Shown here in pieces: positions 1 through 8,888 of a stretch of 64,000 nucleotides of DNA. Source of the DNA: Methanocellales archaeon (lineage in GTDB: Archaea; Halobacteriota; JAWCLZ01); assembly GCA_038850285.1 (NCBI GenBank), contig JAWCMA010000001.1, positions 27,880-91,879 on the forward strand, read 5' to 3'. Position 1 is the stretch's first letter. Each line of letters opens with the position of its first letter. The position numbers were made by a program, and so were the translations under genes. The notes under the pieces are model-generated. The model saw only the letters and a list, made by a program, of their open reading frames with translations, was not told the DNA's origin and did no database searches.

Positions 1-3000
1 TTGTGCATATTCCGCGAAGAGGTGGTCTTCTATATTTTTGATTGCATTTCACGCAGCGCATCTGCTGCTTGGAGAAAGAATGTAAATTGCCAATTATATC
101 TGGCAGAAAGTGATGGTTTATTACTCGCTCAGCAACGTCTTTTTCATCCACTGCGCGTATTCTGCGGGCAAGTTTTAACTGTGCCTCCATTTTTTCCATC
201 ATTGTGGAAAGGGTTTTATATGCTGAAACCACTGGTCCCATTGCAATATTGCTAGTGCTATGGGTGAATTTAAACCCTTGATATTTATCCTGACCCTCGA
301 GTTTTGAGGCAATTATTGGGATCATCTGCTCGAATTCCTTTGGATTCCTGTGCTTAAGTGTGGCTTCATAGAATTCAAGTGGATAGCAAGCTGCTATATC
401 TATATTATGCGCTTCCTTATCAACCTCTTTGGGATCTACTCGAATGGTTAAAACCAAGGGGGCATCCATCTTTCCCCCGCGTTTCTCTGGTAAATATGAG
501 CAGGAGAAGTTAAGCAGTGCATCAAGCAGCAGCATAACGCTATCTTCATCTCCATCGCAATTCCGCCTCTTTGCCGCGTGGAAATAGGGATGAGCGTAGC
601 ATGCTGAGGCGCTGGTAAATCCTATGATTCTCCCAAGTACGCCAGCGCTGGTATGCGGTGCGAGTCCTATAATTAGTTTTCCTATCAAACCTTGAGGCTG
701 TTCAACTTTATAGTATGGTTCGAGTTTGTAGTATTTAACCAGTAAATCGTCTATGAAACTCGCAACTCTAACGAGGTACTTCCCAGCTGCTTGAGAGAGT
801 ATCACATCTTGCGGTTTTAATTCGACTAGCTGTTCCTCGCTCTTTAATGGCTCTCCTGCTGCATCATATTCATAGCCCAGGTCTCTAAGCTTGTCAATGG
901 ATAGGTTGATTTCTTTTGGTATGAAGTGAGTTAACGGTAAATCTGTTAGGTCATAGCGAATGGTGCCATCTTTGAAGACATATACATCGTGCTTTGCTCG
1001 CAATATGCCTTTCTCAATTGGCTCTGGGGTTTTATTTTTAGAGATGAGACCTGCGACACCCTTTAAAATTTCATAGTTCTCCTGCTCGTCTAAGGAGTGA
1101 AGGGCTTCTCTATATAATTCTTTTAAATTTATTTTCTGTCTAATGACGCTTGTAAGAATGCGGTGACAATGGGGACAAGTTTCAGTTGGGGATATCAAAT
1201 TGCAGTGGGAGCAGATATTCGCTGGAGCTGTGAATGAGCCGCATTTGCAGCGATTCTGAAAAGTTAGTTCTCCGCATTTAGGACATTTTCTAATTCCCAT
1301 TTCCACTTCGATCTCGCCAGCTCTATTTAAATTTGAATTAGAGTATTCCATTGCCTCCTGCAAGGATCTCCTTCTCCCTCCAGCCTCGCCTATTGGGAAA
1401 AGGACGTGTACAGGCGGCCTCATTTCTCTCTCCTTTGACTTCTCCGGCCTGCCCATTCGCCCCCCAATTCTAGTAGGTGCTCTTTCTCGTACTATTAATC
1501 CGCTTACAGCATTCACCGCTTCAACTGTGCTTTGAAATTCAAGCGAATTCCATTGCTTCTTTAAATTCTGATCCAGTCCCAAGCAGCGTATGAGTGCTTG
1601 GGGTTCTTCGATTATTATGCAATCGCGAAGTTTATGAGGCACTAGCAGTTTCTCTAAGATTTGCTTGATCTCTAGTTTTTTGGGCAGTAGCAAGCAGTTT
1701 TCTTCAAGTTTGCCATTTTCTGCTACGTATTGAGAGAGCGTTTGAAATTCATTTAAATCGATATCGTGCCATAGATAAGTATAGCTTGGATGAAGCGGTA
1801 TTCCTAGTTCTTCCGCCATTTGAACTGCTTGCTCTGCTTGCACTGGATTTATTATAGTCTGCTTTACTTCTTGCGTCCACCATTCGATGCAGTAACTCGA
1901 GGGTAGAAGTGGATGGTTGTTTTCCAGAAAATCGCCATAGTTTATTAAAATCTCTCCCACGTCTAAGATCTCTTTTACTTCTTTGCGAAGGGCATATGCT
2001 TGCTCCATTGATTGCACGCGTACAACATCGCCATTTGCGAGTTTAACAGTTGGCCCCTCGATGCCATCTACAGGTACAATTCCAGCGGCTTTACCTGGTT
2101 TCTCAAGCTTGAGCTGCGTACCAGTGGCGATGAAGTCATCGAGAAGTATCATGGTTGCGGGATGCACACCAGCTGCAGCGAACCCTGAGTTGCGAGCACG
2201 GCCATATCTCAATCTAAAGCCCCCTGCTCTAGATGGATGTGAAAATACCGGTCTACCTGCAATTAGATCATGCAGGAATTTCTCCTTTGGTTTCTCGAAT
2301 TCTTCATCCTCAATATCAACTGGGTTTCTACTGCTGGTGATTAGCATGTCAAGCCATTCCCAGTCGGTAAGCTTTAATTTTTCAACGTGTTTCTTAATCT
2401 TAGGGGCTTTGAGCACTATACCCTCTGCTATTACCAGTGCCATTCCACCTCTCACGCGGTTTGTCTCGATTCTCTCCAAGTTTCGATGCCCTGAGACTTC
2501 GATATCCTCTGTGGGTTCGCCATCGATGCATACTGGGCAGTTCTGCACCACTAAGCGAATTTCTTCTTCGGTGGGGAGATATTGCAGGTGCTGAGCTTGC
2601 TCATACAATGGGATTTCCTCAATGCAGCGCTCAATTTCATCTTTCCTAGGGCGATAGCGATCGATGCCTATTGTTCGGCGCACATAGTCTGCGGCTAAGA
2701 CTGAGAGGGCTTGAGCAGTGCCGCCTGCGCTTCTAATGGGACCTGCGTAGTAGATCTTCAGATAACTTGTACCGCAATCGTTTTTTCCCACACCCACTCT
2801 AGCGATGCCCTCGATGGGTGCGGCCACTACGCCCTCGGTTAAAATTGCTACCGCGGTGCGAATAGCTCCCTCGAGGGCTTGAATTTTGCTTTCAAATTTA
2901 GCGATTTTTTCACTTGCAATTTCATAGCCAATTTGAAGGGCAAGTTCCTCTCGGCTTAAGTTTAACTCTCGAATTCTCCTAGCTATGCCTGCGATTCCCA

Positions 3001-3157
3001 CTAGTTTTTCAACTCTATCCGCGAGATCAATTGCAGGCATTATTTCGATAGCGGGCTCTGGGTCGCTTCCGCGCTTTCTTGCTTCATTTGCAATGCTTAT
3101 AGCTCGAGCGAGTTCTTGCTCCAGAGATTTAAAATAGGCTTCAATTAAGTTTGGCAT
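1..3157 (-). CDS. polC: DNA polymerase II (PolD) large subunit DP2, partial; the C-terminus lies beyond the window start
   Basis: Reverse-complement translation from the ATG at 3155-3157 gives MPNLIEAYFKSLEQELARAISIANEARKRGSD... Diagnostic DP2 motifs are read directly from the sequence: GGFRLRYGRARNSGFAAAGVHPATMILLDDFIATGTQLK, YAHPYFHAAKRRNCDGDEDSVMLLLDALLNFS, and a Cys4 zinc finger CPKCGEL..CKCG..CSHCN..CPHC. No in-frame stop occurs before position 1, which is why it is missing from the ORF track. No intein-sized insertion is present in the covered part. Confidence 0.9.
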   Translation of the reverse strand, partial: MPNLIEAYFKSLEQELARAISIANEARKRGSDPEPAIEIMPAIDLADRVEKLVGIAGIARRIRELNLSREELALQIGYEIASEKIAKFESKIQALEGAIRTAVAILTEGVVAAPIEGIARVGVGKNDCGTSYLKIYYAGPIRSAGGTAQALSVLAADYVRRTIGIDRYRPRKDEIERCIEEIPLYEQAQHLQYLPTEEEIRLVVQNCPVCIDGEPTEDIEVSGHRNLERIETNRVRGGMALVIAEGIVLKAPKIKKHVEKLKLTDWEWLDMLITSSRNPVDIEDEEFEKPKEKFLHDLIAGRPVFSHPSRAGGFRLRYGRARNSGFAAAGVHPATMILLDDFIATGTQLKLEKPGKAAGIVPVDGIEGPTVKLANGDVVRVQSMEQAYALRKEVKEILDVGEILINYGDFLENNHPLLPSSYCIEWWTQEVKQTIINPVQAEQAVQMAEELGIPLHPSYTYLWHDIDLNEFQTLSQYVAENGKLEENCLLLPKKLEIKQILEKLLVPHKLRDCIIIEEPQALIRCLGLDQNLKKQWNSLEFQSTVEAVNAVSGLIVRERAPTRIGGRMGRPEKSKEREMRPPVHVLFPIGEAGGRRRSLQEAMEYSNSNLNRAGEIEVEMGIRKCPKCGELTFQNRCKCGSFTAPANICSHCNLISPTETCPHCHRILTSVIRQKINLKELYREALHSLDEQENYEILKGVAGLISKNKTPEPIEKGILRAKHDVYVFKDGTIRYDLTDLPLTHFIPKEINLSIDKLRDLGYEYDAAGEPLKSEEQLVELKPQDVILSQAAGKYLVRVASFIDDLLVKYYKLEPYYKVEQPQGLIGKLIIGLAPHTSAGVLGRIIGFTSASACYAHPYFHAAKRRNCDGDEDSVMLLLDALLNFSCSYLPEKRGGKMDAPLVLTIRVDPKEVDKEAHNIDIAACYPLEFYEATLKHRNPKEFEQMIPIIASKLEGQDKYQGFKFTHSTSNIAMGPVVSAYKTLSTMMEKMEAQLKLARRIRAVDEKDVAERVINHHFLPDIIGNLHSFSKQQMRCVKCNQKYRRPPLRGICT

Positions 3158-3251
3158 TGTGATTATCAATCATCGATCAACTAAAAAAAAGTTGTGATAT
3201 GGAAATTTTGCCATAGAAATTAATATATTTCAATAAGTCATATTTTGTATC

Positions 3252-3806
3252 ATGTCGATTGATCGCCAAGCTTTAAAGGAACTTGAACCCCGTGGAATTA
3301 CCCTTGTGCTAACCAAGGCAGAGAATTATCAAAGGGCAGTGCTTGAACTCATTGAATATCTTGTGAATGAGAGAAGAGAATTTGGGGTGTATGTAACTTT
3401 AAACAAGCCTTTCTTTTCCATGAAGAAACTGCTTGAACCTAGAATTGATTTGAGAAAGGTGATCTTCATCGATGGATTTACTAAACTCGCTGGGGGAAAA
3501 CCTGAGAAAATCGAAGGCGTGCTTTATATAACGAGTGTTGAGGATTTAACTGGAATGAGTTTTGCACTGGATCAAGCGGTTAAATCGATTCCAATTAGAG
3601 AGAAGTTTGTGTTCTTCGATTCTCTCTCAACTTTATTGCTCTATAATAAAACTGGCAGCGTGGCGAAGTTCATTCACTTTTTAACTGGAAAAATCAGGCT
3701 CTGGGATATTGATGGGATTTTTATCTCTCTGGGAGAGGAAGATGACCAGGTTATATCCAAACTCTCGATGTTCTGCGATAAAATTCTCCATCTAGATAGA
3801 GATTAA
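3252..3806 (+). CDS. RecA-superfamily (KaiC/RadB-like) fold protein with a degenerate Walker A
   Basis: 184 aa. A Walker-B-like FVFFDSLSTLL and a KaiC-like LYITSVED segment are present, but the P-loop position reads RGITLVLTKAENYQ with no GKT/S. Confidence 0.4.
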   Translation: MSIDRQALKELEPRGITLVLTKAENYQRAVLELIEYLVNERREFGVYVTLNKPFFSMKKLLEPRIDLRKVIFIDGFTKLAGGKPEKIEGVLYITSVEDLTGMSFALDQAVKSIPIREKFVFFDSLSTLLLYNKTGSVAKFIHFLTGKIRLWDIDGIFISLGEEDDQVISKLSMFCDKILHLDRD

Positions 3807-4181
3807 AGGCAGAATCTTCTGCTGAAGGTAATTTAAATACATTCTCTCGCGCTCAATTTCAACCCCTAAGTTCTCAATTTCACTTGAATAGGAGTTGATC
3901 TGCTGAGTATACTCTTCAGGCGCGTTCAATTTCAACTCCAGTAAAATTTCAATCGCTTTTTTAAGCTTTTCTCTTTTTTCTCCTAGGTCTCGAATTCTTT
4001 TTAAATATTGCTCTATGTTGCTTTGATGTTCATTCTCAAGTTTTTTAATTTTTATTAGCTGTTTCTCACTCTCGAGGTTTGGGATATCTATTTTAGGTGC
4101 CTCTTTTGCTTCGCTGATCTTTCCACCGCTAGCTTTCTCTCTCAGGAGAGTGATGAATCGCCTTTCCACTTCTCCTTCCAT
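3792..4181 (-). CDS. Small coiled-coil protein, paralog 1 of a three-member family in this window
   Basis: 129 aa. The shared motif KKLENEHQS..I..Y.KRI..L..(E)KLK.AIEIL..LKLN.P.EY...N.Y..EI..L..EI..E+.YL.YLQ.K.LP matches the ORFs at 29793..30074 and 25163..25891. Confidence 0.6.
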   Translation of the reverse strand: MEGEVERRFITLLREKASGGKISEAKEAPKIDIPNLESEKQLIKIKKLENEHQSNIEQYLKRIRDLGEKREKLKKAIEILLELKLNAPEEYTQQINSYSSEIENLGVEIERERMYLNYLQQKILPLISI

Positions 4182-4227
4182 GTGTAATTAATTTTTATGA
4201 ACATCTATTAATGCTCGGTGTTCACGT

Positions 4228-4743
4228 TTAATCCGAACCAGCTACGCTTTTAAGTCGTTTTACACCGCCAACTTCCTCTATAACTTTTACCACTTCCTCA
4301 GGCACAAGGTGCTCCCAAGGTTCATCATTTAACATTCGCCTTCTAATTTCTTTGCCCTCGTATTTATCGCGTTCAAAGAGGGGGGGATTGCGTACCTCTA
4401 TTCCCCACTCTTGGAATAGCCTTACAACTAGTGGATTATTGGAATAGATGCATTTGAATGGTGGAACTAAAGAGCGTACGTGTGAAACATAGATGGAATT
4501 CTTGCGCACATCTGGGATAGGAATTACATAGTAGGGTTTTTTCAATTCCTTAAGCGCTCTGGTGACCATTACCACTCTCTCGCCAGCTGTGAAGGGATCG
4601 CTGACTTCATGGCTCTTTTGAGCACTGCCAATTCCAATTATCAGTTCATCGAGCGCAGCATCGCTAGCGATTCGCTGTATAACTGCGTGGTGACCTAAGT
4701 GATATGGCTGAAATCGGCCTAGATAGAGAGCTCGAGTTACCAT
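4228..4743 (-). CDS. nadM: Nicotinamide-nucleotide adenylyltransferase (archaeal NMNAT)
   Basis: 171 aa with an HxGH nucleotidyltransferase motif (GRFQPYHLGH) and archaeal NadM-like length and sequence. Confidence 0.85.
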   Translation of the reverse strand: MVTRALYLGRFQPYHLGHHAVIQRIASDAALDELIIGIGSAQKSHEVSDPFTAGERVVMVTRALKELKKPYYVIPIPDVRKNSIYVSHVRSLVPPFKCIYSNNPLVVRLFQEWGIEVRNPPLFERDKYEGKEIRRRMLNDEPWEHLVPEEVVKVIEEVGGVKRLKSVAGSD

Positions 4744-4876
4744 TGTTTTATGAGATCATAGTTTTAATATATAAGCTCGCGGTTTTAAATGATAGTTGAA
4801 ACTAATCATAATTTTCGCATTCAACACTTATTATAATGCTATCTTCAAACCAAGTTAGACATCATCTTAACCATAC

Positions 4877-4936
4877 AAAAATAAAAATAAAAATAAAAAT
4901 AAAAATAAAAATAAAAATAAAAATAAAAATAAAATA
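4877..4936. repeat. (AAAAAT)~10 hexanucleotide microsatellite; it reads (ATTTTT)n on the transcribed minus strand, so it is a probable oligo-T terminator
   Basis: T occurs every 6 nt at 4882, 4888, ... 4930. The run begins immediately after the hdrA-mvhD stop at 4939 and lies upstream of the nadM start at 4743. Confidence 0.9.
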
Positions 4937-4938
4937 GT

Positions 4939-7683
4939 TTATTTCTTTGCGGCTAGCTTTACAACCTCAACCGTGCCATCGGGTTTCTTGGAAATACCAA
5001 GTCCAGCTGGTTTGAGGAGTGCTAGGAATTCTTTCATTGGAACTTGATCTCGATCATATCTAGCCTTTGCCTCCGCCAGTGGCACGATCTTTAGCTTGCC
5101 ATCGGAGATCTCAAGGGCAAGTCCCATTTTCTCCAACGATTCAACAATGCCTTTAGCTGGGAAGAATTTTTCAACAGGTGGAGGCACTTCTTTGGGTACA
5201 AGTCCAAGTCTCTTCTCCAAATATGGCCTCAATTTTTCATTCTCAGCTTTAATCCTCTCCACGCCGAGTTCCTTTATAACTCTATCCAGTTCCTTAATTG
5301 TATTAGCATAGACAGTGCTCATTGCAGCTGAGATCCACCGCCTCTGCATCCTCTCAGGGGTTAAGCCCTGCTTCACCAATTCTTCTTTAATCTTATCGAA
5401 CCTAGGCCCTGAGATCTTATTTCCTGATACATAGTGGCAGGTGCCAATTTCACATCCACCCATGAAGAAAGCTCCAGCTCCTCGCCTGAAGGCTTCATAG
5501 ATGAAGTCTCGGTCCACTCTTCCTGAGCACATTACTCTTATTACCCTTGCTGAAGTGGGCTGCTGAATTCGACTCACCCCTGCTAAGTCAGCTGCGCCAT
5601 AGGTACACCAATTGCAGATTATAGCAACTATAGTCTGCTCTGGATTGCGAGCAGTGGCTTCTCTTATTTGAGCCATGATTTGCGCGTCTGTGAAATGCAT
5701 TTGCTGCATTGCACTGCTAGGGCAATCGGCCACGCAGGTGCCGCAGCCATGGCATTGAGCTGGATTGATCTTCGCAAGCTTCTTCTCCCTACCTGGTACC
5801 TCTATCAGCGATATCGCTTTATATGCACATCTCTCCACGCACATACCGCAGCCTATGCAGAGTTTATCGTCCACAACTGCAACTATGGGATCGATCTTCC
5901 ATTTATCTTGAGACATAACTCTGGTTGCTCTAGATGCAGCGCCGTGTGCCTGCGACACGCTATAGGGAATATCTTTCAAGCCCTGGCAGCAGCCAGCTAA
6001 AAATATACCATCTGTGGCAAAGTCAATTGGCTTGAGTTTGGGGTGTGATTCTATGAAGAACCCGTGCTCGTCGGTTGGTACATTTAAGATCGCGCCGAGT
6101 TCACTTGAATCTGGATTGGGAACGCTTGCCTCTGCTAGAACAACCATTTCAACCTCGAGTTCCACAGGCTGATTTATGAAGGTATCAAATACCTTTATTA
6201 ATAGATTCTTATTTGGAAGTTCGATTATCTCAGAAGGCCTTCCGCGTACGAAGGTTATACCTTGATCGCGTGCTTTAATATAGAAGTCCTCGAAGCCCTT
6301 GAAGATGGTTCGCATATCCATATATACTATATAAATCTCAGCATCGGGCCAGTGATCTTTCCAGAGGTTCGCCAGTTTTAAGGTGAACATGCAGCAGAAG
6401 TTACTACAATACGGCTTGGCTATGCCCTTGGGATCCATTTCCCTGCTGCCAACGCAGGTTATGAATGCCACTTTCTTAGGTTCTTTTCCATCTGAAGCTC
6501 TAACCACGTGCCCCTCAAGCGGTCCAGAAGCACAAATCAATCGCTCGAGCTCAAGCGAGGTAATGACATTATCATACCTACCATAGCCATATTCTTTTTT
6601 CTGAGTGGCATCCCACATCGAATAGCCAGTGGCAACCACGATTGTGCCAACCTCGAGCTCAATGATTTCATCCTGCATGGTGAAGTCAATTGCCATGCGG
6701 TCTCCGCATGCTTCCACGCATTTGAAGCACTTGATGCAGTGCTTCAAGTCAATGGTATAGGTATTTGGAACAGCCTGCGGTAGAGGTATATATATTGCTT
6801 TTCTCGGGCCAAGGTTTACATCATATTCATTTGGCACTTCCACTGGGCAAGCTTTTGCACAATCGCCACATCCAGTGCATTTTTCCTTCCTCACATATTT
6901 GGCTTTTTTAAGAACTTCTACTTTGAAGTTACCTATGAAGCCGCTGACTTTTTTAACCTCAGAATAAGCCAGCAATTCAATGTTAGGGTGCCGCCCCACT
7001 TCAACCATTTTAGGTCCTTCTATGCAGATGGAGCAATCTAGGGTTGGGAAGGTTTTATCCAACTGAGCCATTCTGCCGCCAATTGATGGTTCCTTCTCAA
7101 CTAGGTATACTTTAAAGCCGTGGTCAGCGATATCAAGCGCTGCGTGTATACCTGCGACCCCTCCGCCTATTACCAGTGCTTTCTTGGTGATTGGCACGTA
7201 GAATGGCTCGAGTGGCTGGAGATATCTTGCCTTTGCAACTGCCATTCTAACGTAATCCTTCGCTTTCTCAGTTGCCTCCTCTTTATTAGCATAGTGAATC
7301 CAAGAGCAGAATTCTCTGACATTTGCCATTTCAAATAGAAATGGATTCAATCCTGCATCTTGACAGGTTTTTCTAAATGTTGGCTCATGCATCCTAGGGG
7401 AGCAAGCTGCTACTACAACGCGATTCAATTTATGCTCCTTAATTGCTTTCCTTATTTCAGCCTGCCCGACATCTGCACAAGTATATTTATTGGTTTGAAC
7501 CCAAACTACATCTGGTAGGGTTCTTGCATAAGCAGCAACTGCTTCCACATCGACTGTGCCAGCGATATTTGATCCGCAGTAGCAGGGGAATACGCCTATT
7601 CTAGGCTCAGTGATCTCTATGCCACCAGGTCCAATGCCAGCTACTTTTTCCTTTTCTTTAGCTTCAGCTTTAACCTCAGTCAC
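4939..7683 (-). CDS. hdrA: HdrA-like flavoprotein fused to an MvhD-like domain, with an extra C-terminal region of about 150 aa
   Basis: 914 aa. It contains the HdrA N-terminal 4-Cys domain (FPCYCGSNIAG..C..C), an FAD Rossmann fold (VIGGGVAGIHAA), an inserted ferredoxin (CTGCGDCAKACP..CIKCFKCVEACGD), a C-terminal 2×[4Fe-4S] ferredoxin (CIGCGMCVERC..CHGCGTCVADCP) and an MvhD-like segment (IVAIICNWCTYGAADLAGVS...VMCSGRVD...GGCEIGTCHY), followed by about 150 aa that I cannot assign. It overlaps the upstream polyferredoxin gene by 4 nt. Confidence 0.85.
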   Translation of the reverse strand: MTEVKAEAKEKEKVAGIGPGGIEITEPRIGVFPCYCGSNIAGTVDVEAVAAYARTLPDVVWVQTNKYTCADVGQAEIRKAIKEHKLNRVVVAACSPRMHEPTFRKTCQDAGLNPFLFEMANVREFCSWIHYANKEEATEKAKDYVRMAVAKARYLQPLEPFYVPITKKALVIGGGVAGIHAALDIADHGFKVYLVEKEPSIGGRMAQLDKTFPTLDCSICIEGPKMVEVGRHPNIELLAYSEVKKVSGFIGNFKVEVLKKAKYVRKEKCTGCGDCAKACPVEVPNEYDVNLGPRKAIYIPLPQAVPNTYTIDLKHCIKCFKCVEACGDRMAIDFTMQDEIIELEVGTIVVATGYSMWDATQKKEYGYGRYDNVITSLELERLICASGPLEGHVVRASDGKEPKKVAFITCVGSREMDPKGIAKPYCSNFCCMFTLKLANLWKDHWPDAEIYIVYMDMRTIFKGFEDFYIKARDQGITFVRGRPSEIIELPNKNLLIKVFDTFINQPVELEVEMVVLAEASVPNPDSSELGAILNVPTDEHGFFIESHPKLKPIDFATDGIFLAGCCQGLKDIPYSVSQAHGAASRATRVMSQDKWKIDPIVAVVDDKLCIGCGMCVERCAYKAISLIEVPGREKKLAKINPAQCHGCGTCVADCPSSAMQQMHFTDAQIMAQIREATARNPEQTIVAIICNWCTYGAADLAGVSRIQQPTSARVIRVMCSGRVDRDFIYEAFRRGAGAFFMGGCEIGTCHYVSGNKISGPRFDKIKEELVKQGLTPERMQRRWISAAMSTVYANTIKELDRVIKELGVERIKAENEKLRPYLEKRLGLVPKEVPPPVEKFFPAKGIVESLEKMGLALEISDGKLKIVPLAEAKARYDRDQVPMKEFLALLKPAGLGISKKPDGTVEVVKLAAKK

Positions 7684-8720
7684 TTACCACCACTACCCCT
7701 TATTTTTAATAATGTGTTAATCGTTCTATTATATCCTTCTGCTTGTAATTCCTTGGCATAAGCCCTAGTGCTAGTTAGATTGCCTAGAGCTCTAAACCAA
7801 GTGCCTGAATGCGCTTTTGTATGTCGAATTCTTTCCCTAGTTATTGTAATAGCGCCATTTGGGCATGCATTCTTACACGCGCCACATAATATGCAGTATT
7901 CACTTCGATAGACTAATGGTGAACCATGGAGTGCCCCGCAGGGACATGCATCTATGCAAACTGTGCAAACTTCAGGACACTTAGCTGTGTCTATGGTTAA
8001 GATGCCCTCGAAAGGAGTGGTAACAGCAAGTACTCCATTTGGACATACACCCTCGCACCAGCCACAGGTAACGCATTTATCTAGATCTACTTTAACCAAC
8101 TTTTCTCTTCGCTTCTCTCTATTGATAGCAATCGCACCCTCTGGGCATTTTTCAAGCGCTTTGAGGGTTTCATCGGTGAATTTATCATAGTTTATGTAAA
8201 CTCTATCCGTGATTTCAACGCCTGGAGCTTCGCATTTTCTGCATAAATTGCAGAGTTCATCGTTGATCTGGACATCTAAAATTTCAATTTCTCTCTCTCC
8301 ATCTTCATACTTCAAAGCTTCAAATTTGCATGTTTCTTGACAGAGAGTGCAAGTTGGATCGCATTTCTCTTGATTTACATATACCTCTCGAATTAACTTT
8401 GGAAAGTCATCCTGCAGCACAGGTGGAGATGGCTTACCGTCAATTCTGAACTCAATCGCGTGATATGGACAGACTTGCGAGCAAACTCCGCAGAAAGTGC
8501 ATTTATTTTCATCGATAACTGCCTTATTCTTCTTAATCAACTTGCCATCTTTGATCTCCGCGCCACTGATATTAATTGCCTCCTCAGGACAGGAGGTTTT
8601 GCATACCTCGCAGCCTTGACATTTAAGTAAATTATGAATTACCTCATGCAAGCGGAAATACATCTTTCGCTTAATTATTTGCTGCTCGTCTTTAACAAGC
8701 CTAATAGGTTTTCCTCTCAT
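7680..8720 (-). CDS. Polyferredoxin (multi-[4Fe-4S], MvhB/FwdF-like)
   Basis: 346 aa with about 7–8 CxxCxxCxxxCP-type motifs (CQGCEVCKTSCP, CTFCGVCSQVCP, CVTCGWCEGVCP, CILCGACKNACP and others). It is translationally coupled to hdrA-mvhD. Confidence 0.8.
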   Translation of the reverse strand: MRGKPIRLVKDEQQIIKRKMYFRLHEVIHNLLKCQGCEVCKTSCPEEAINISGAEIKDGKLIKKNKAVIDENKCTFCGVCSQVCPYHAIEFRIDGKPSPPVLQDDFPKLIREVYVNQEKCDPTCTLCQETCKFEALKYEDGEREIEILDVQINDELCNLCRKCEAPGVEITDRVYINYDKFTDETLKALEKCPEGAIAINREKRREKLVKVDLDKCVTCGWCEGVCPNGVLAVTTPFEGILTIDTAKCPEVCTVCIDACPCGALHGSPLVYRSEYCILCGACKNACPNGAITITRERIRHTKAHSGTWFRALGNLTSTRAYAKELQAEGYNRTINTLLKIRGSGGK

Positions 8721-8888
8721 GCAAACACCAGAATCTATTGATTAGCCATTGATCTTGATATACATCCATATAAATTAATTGATTTTTTTCAAATAGCAAG
8801 CCTTAATTAAACTATGAATAAAATCGATTCAAAAAGAAAATTGTATAAGCGTTGCGGTTAATTGATAAAAACTTGGGAGCGTTTATTG

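Noticed and set aside
1983-2649. Plus-strand ORFs 1983..2594 and 2437..2649 (and 1..255)
   Set aside because: They lie antisense inside the clearly identified PolD DP2 gene (minus strand, 1..3157). Their composition is low-complexity Ser/Cys-rich, typical of antisense frames.
1-3157. Intein in PolD DP2
   Set aside because: The translated segment aligns colinearly with intein-free DP2 landmarks (GGFRLRYGR, KRRNCDGDED, zinc fingers) with no insertion of several hundred amino acids.
5096-7338. Plus-strand ORFs inside 4939..7683 (5096..5311, 5668..6000, 6383..6783, 7120..7338) and 7954..8190
   Set aside because: They are antisense to the HdrA-MvhD and polyferredoxin genes, which have strong domain evidence. 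They are spurious.
4939-7683. Selenocysteine in HdrA
   Set aside because: There is no in-frame TGA within the ORF, and the Cys motifs are complete.
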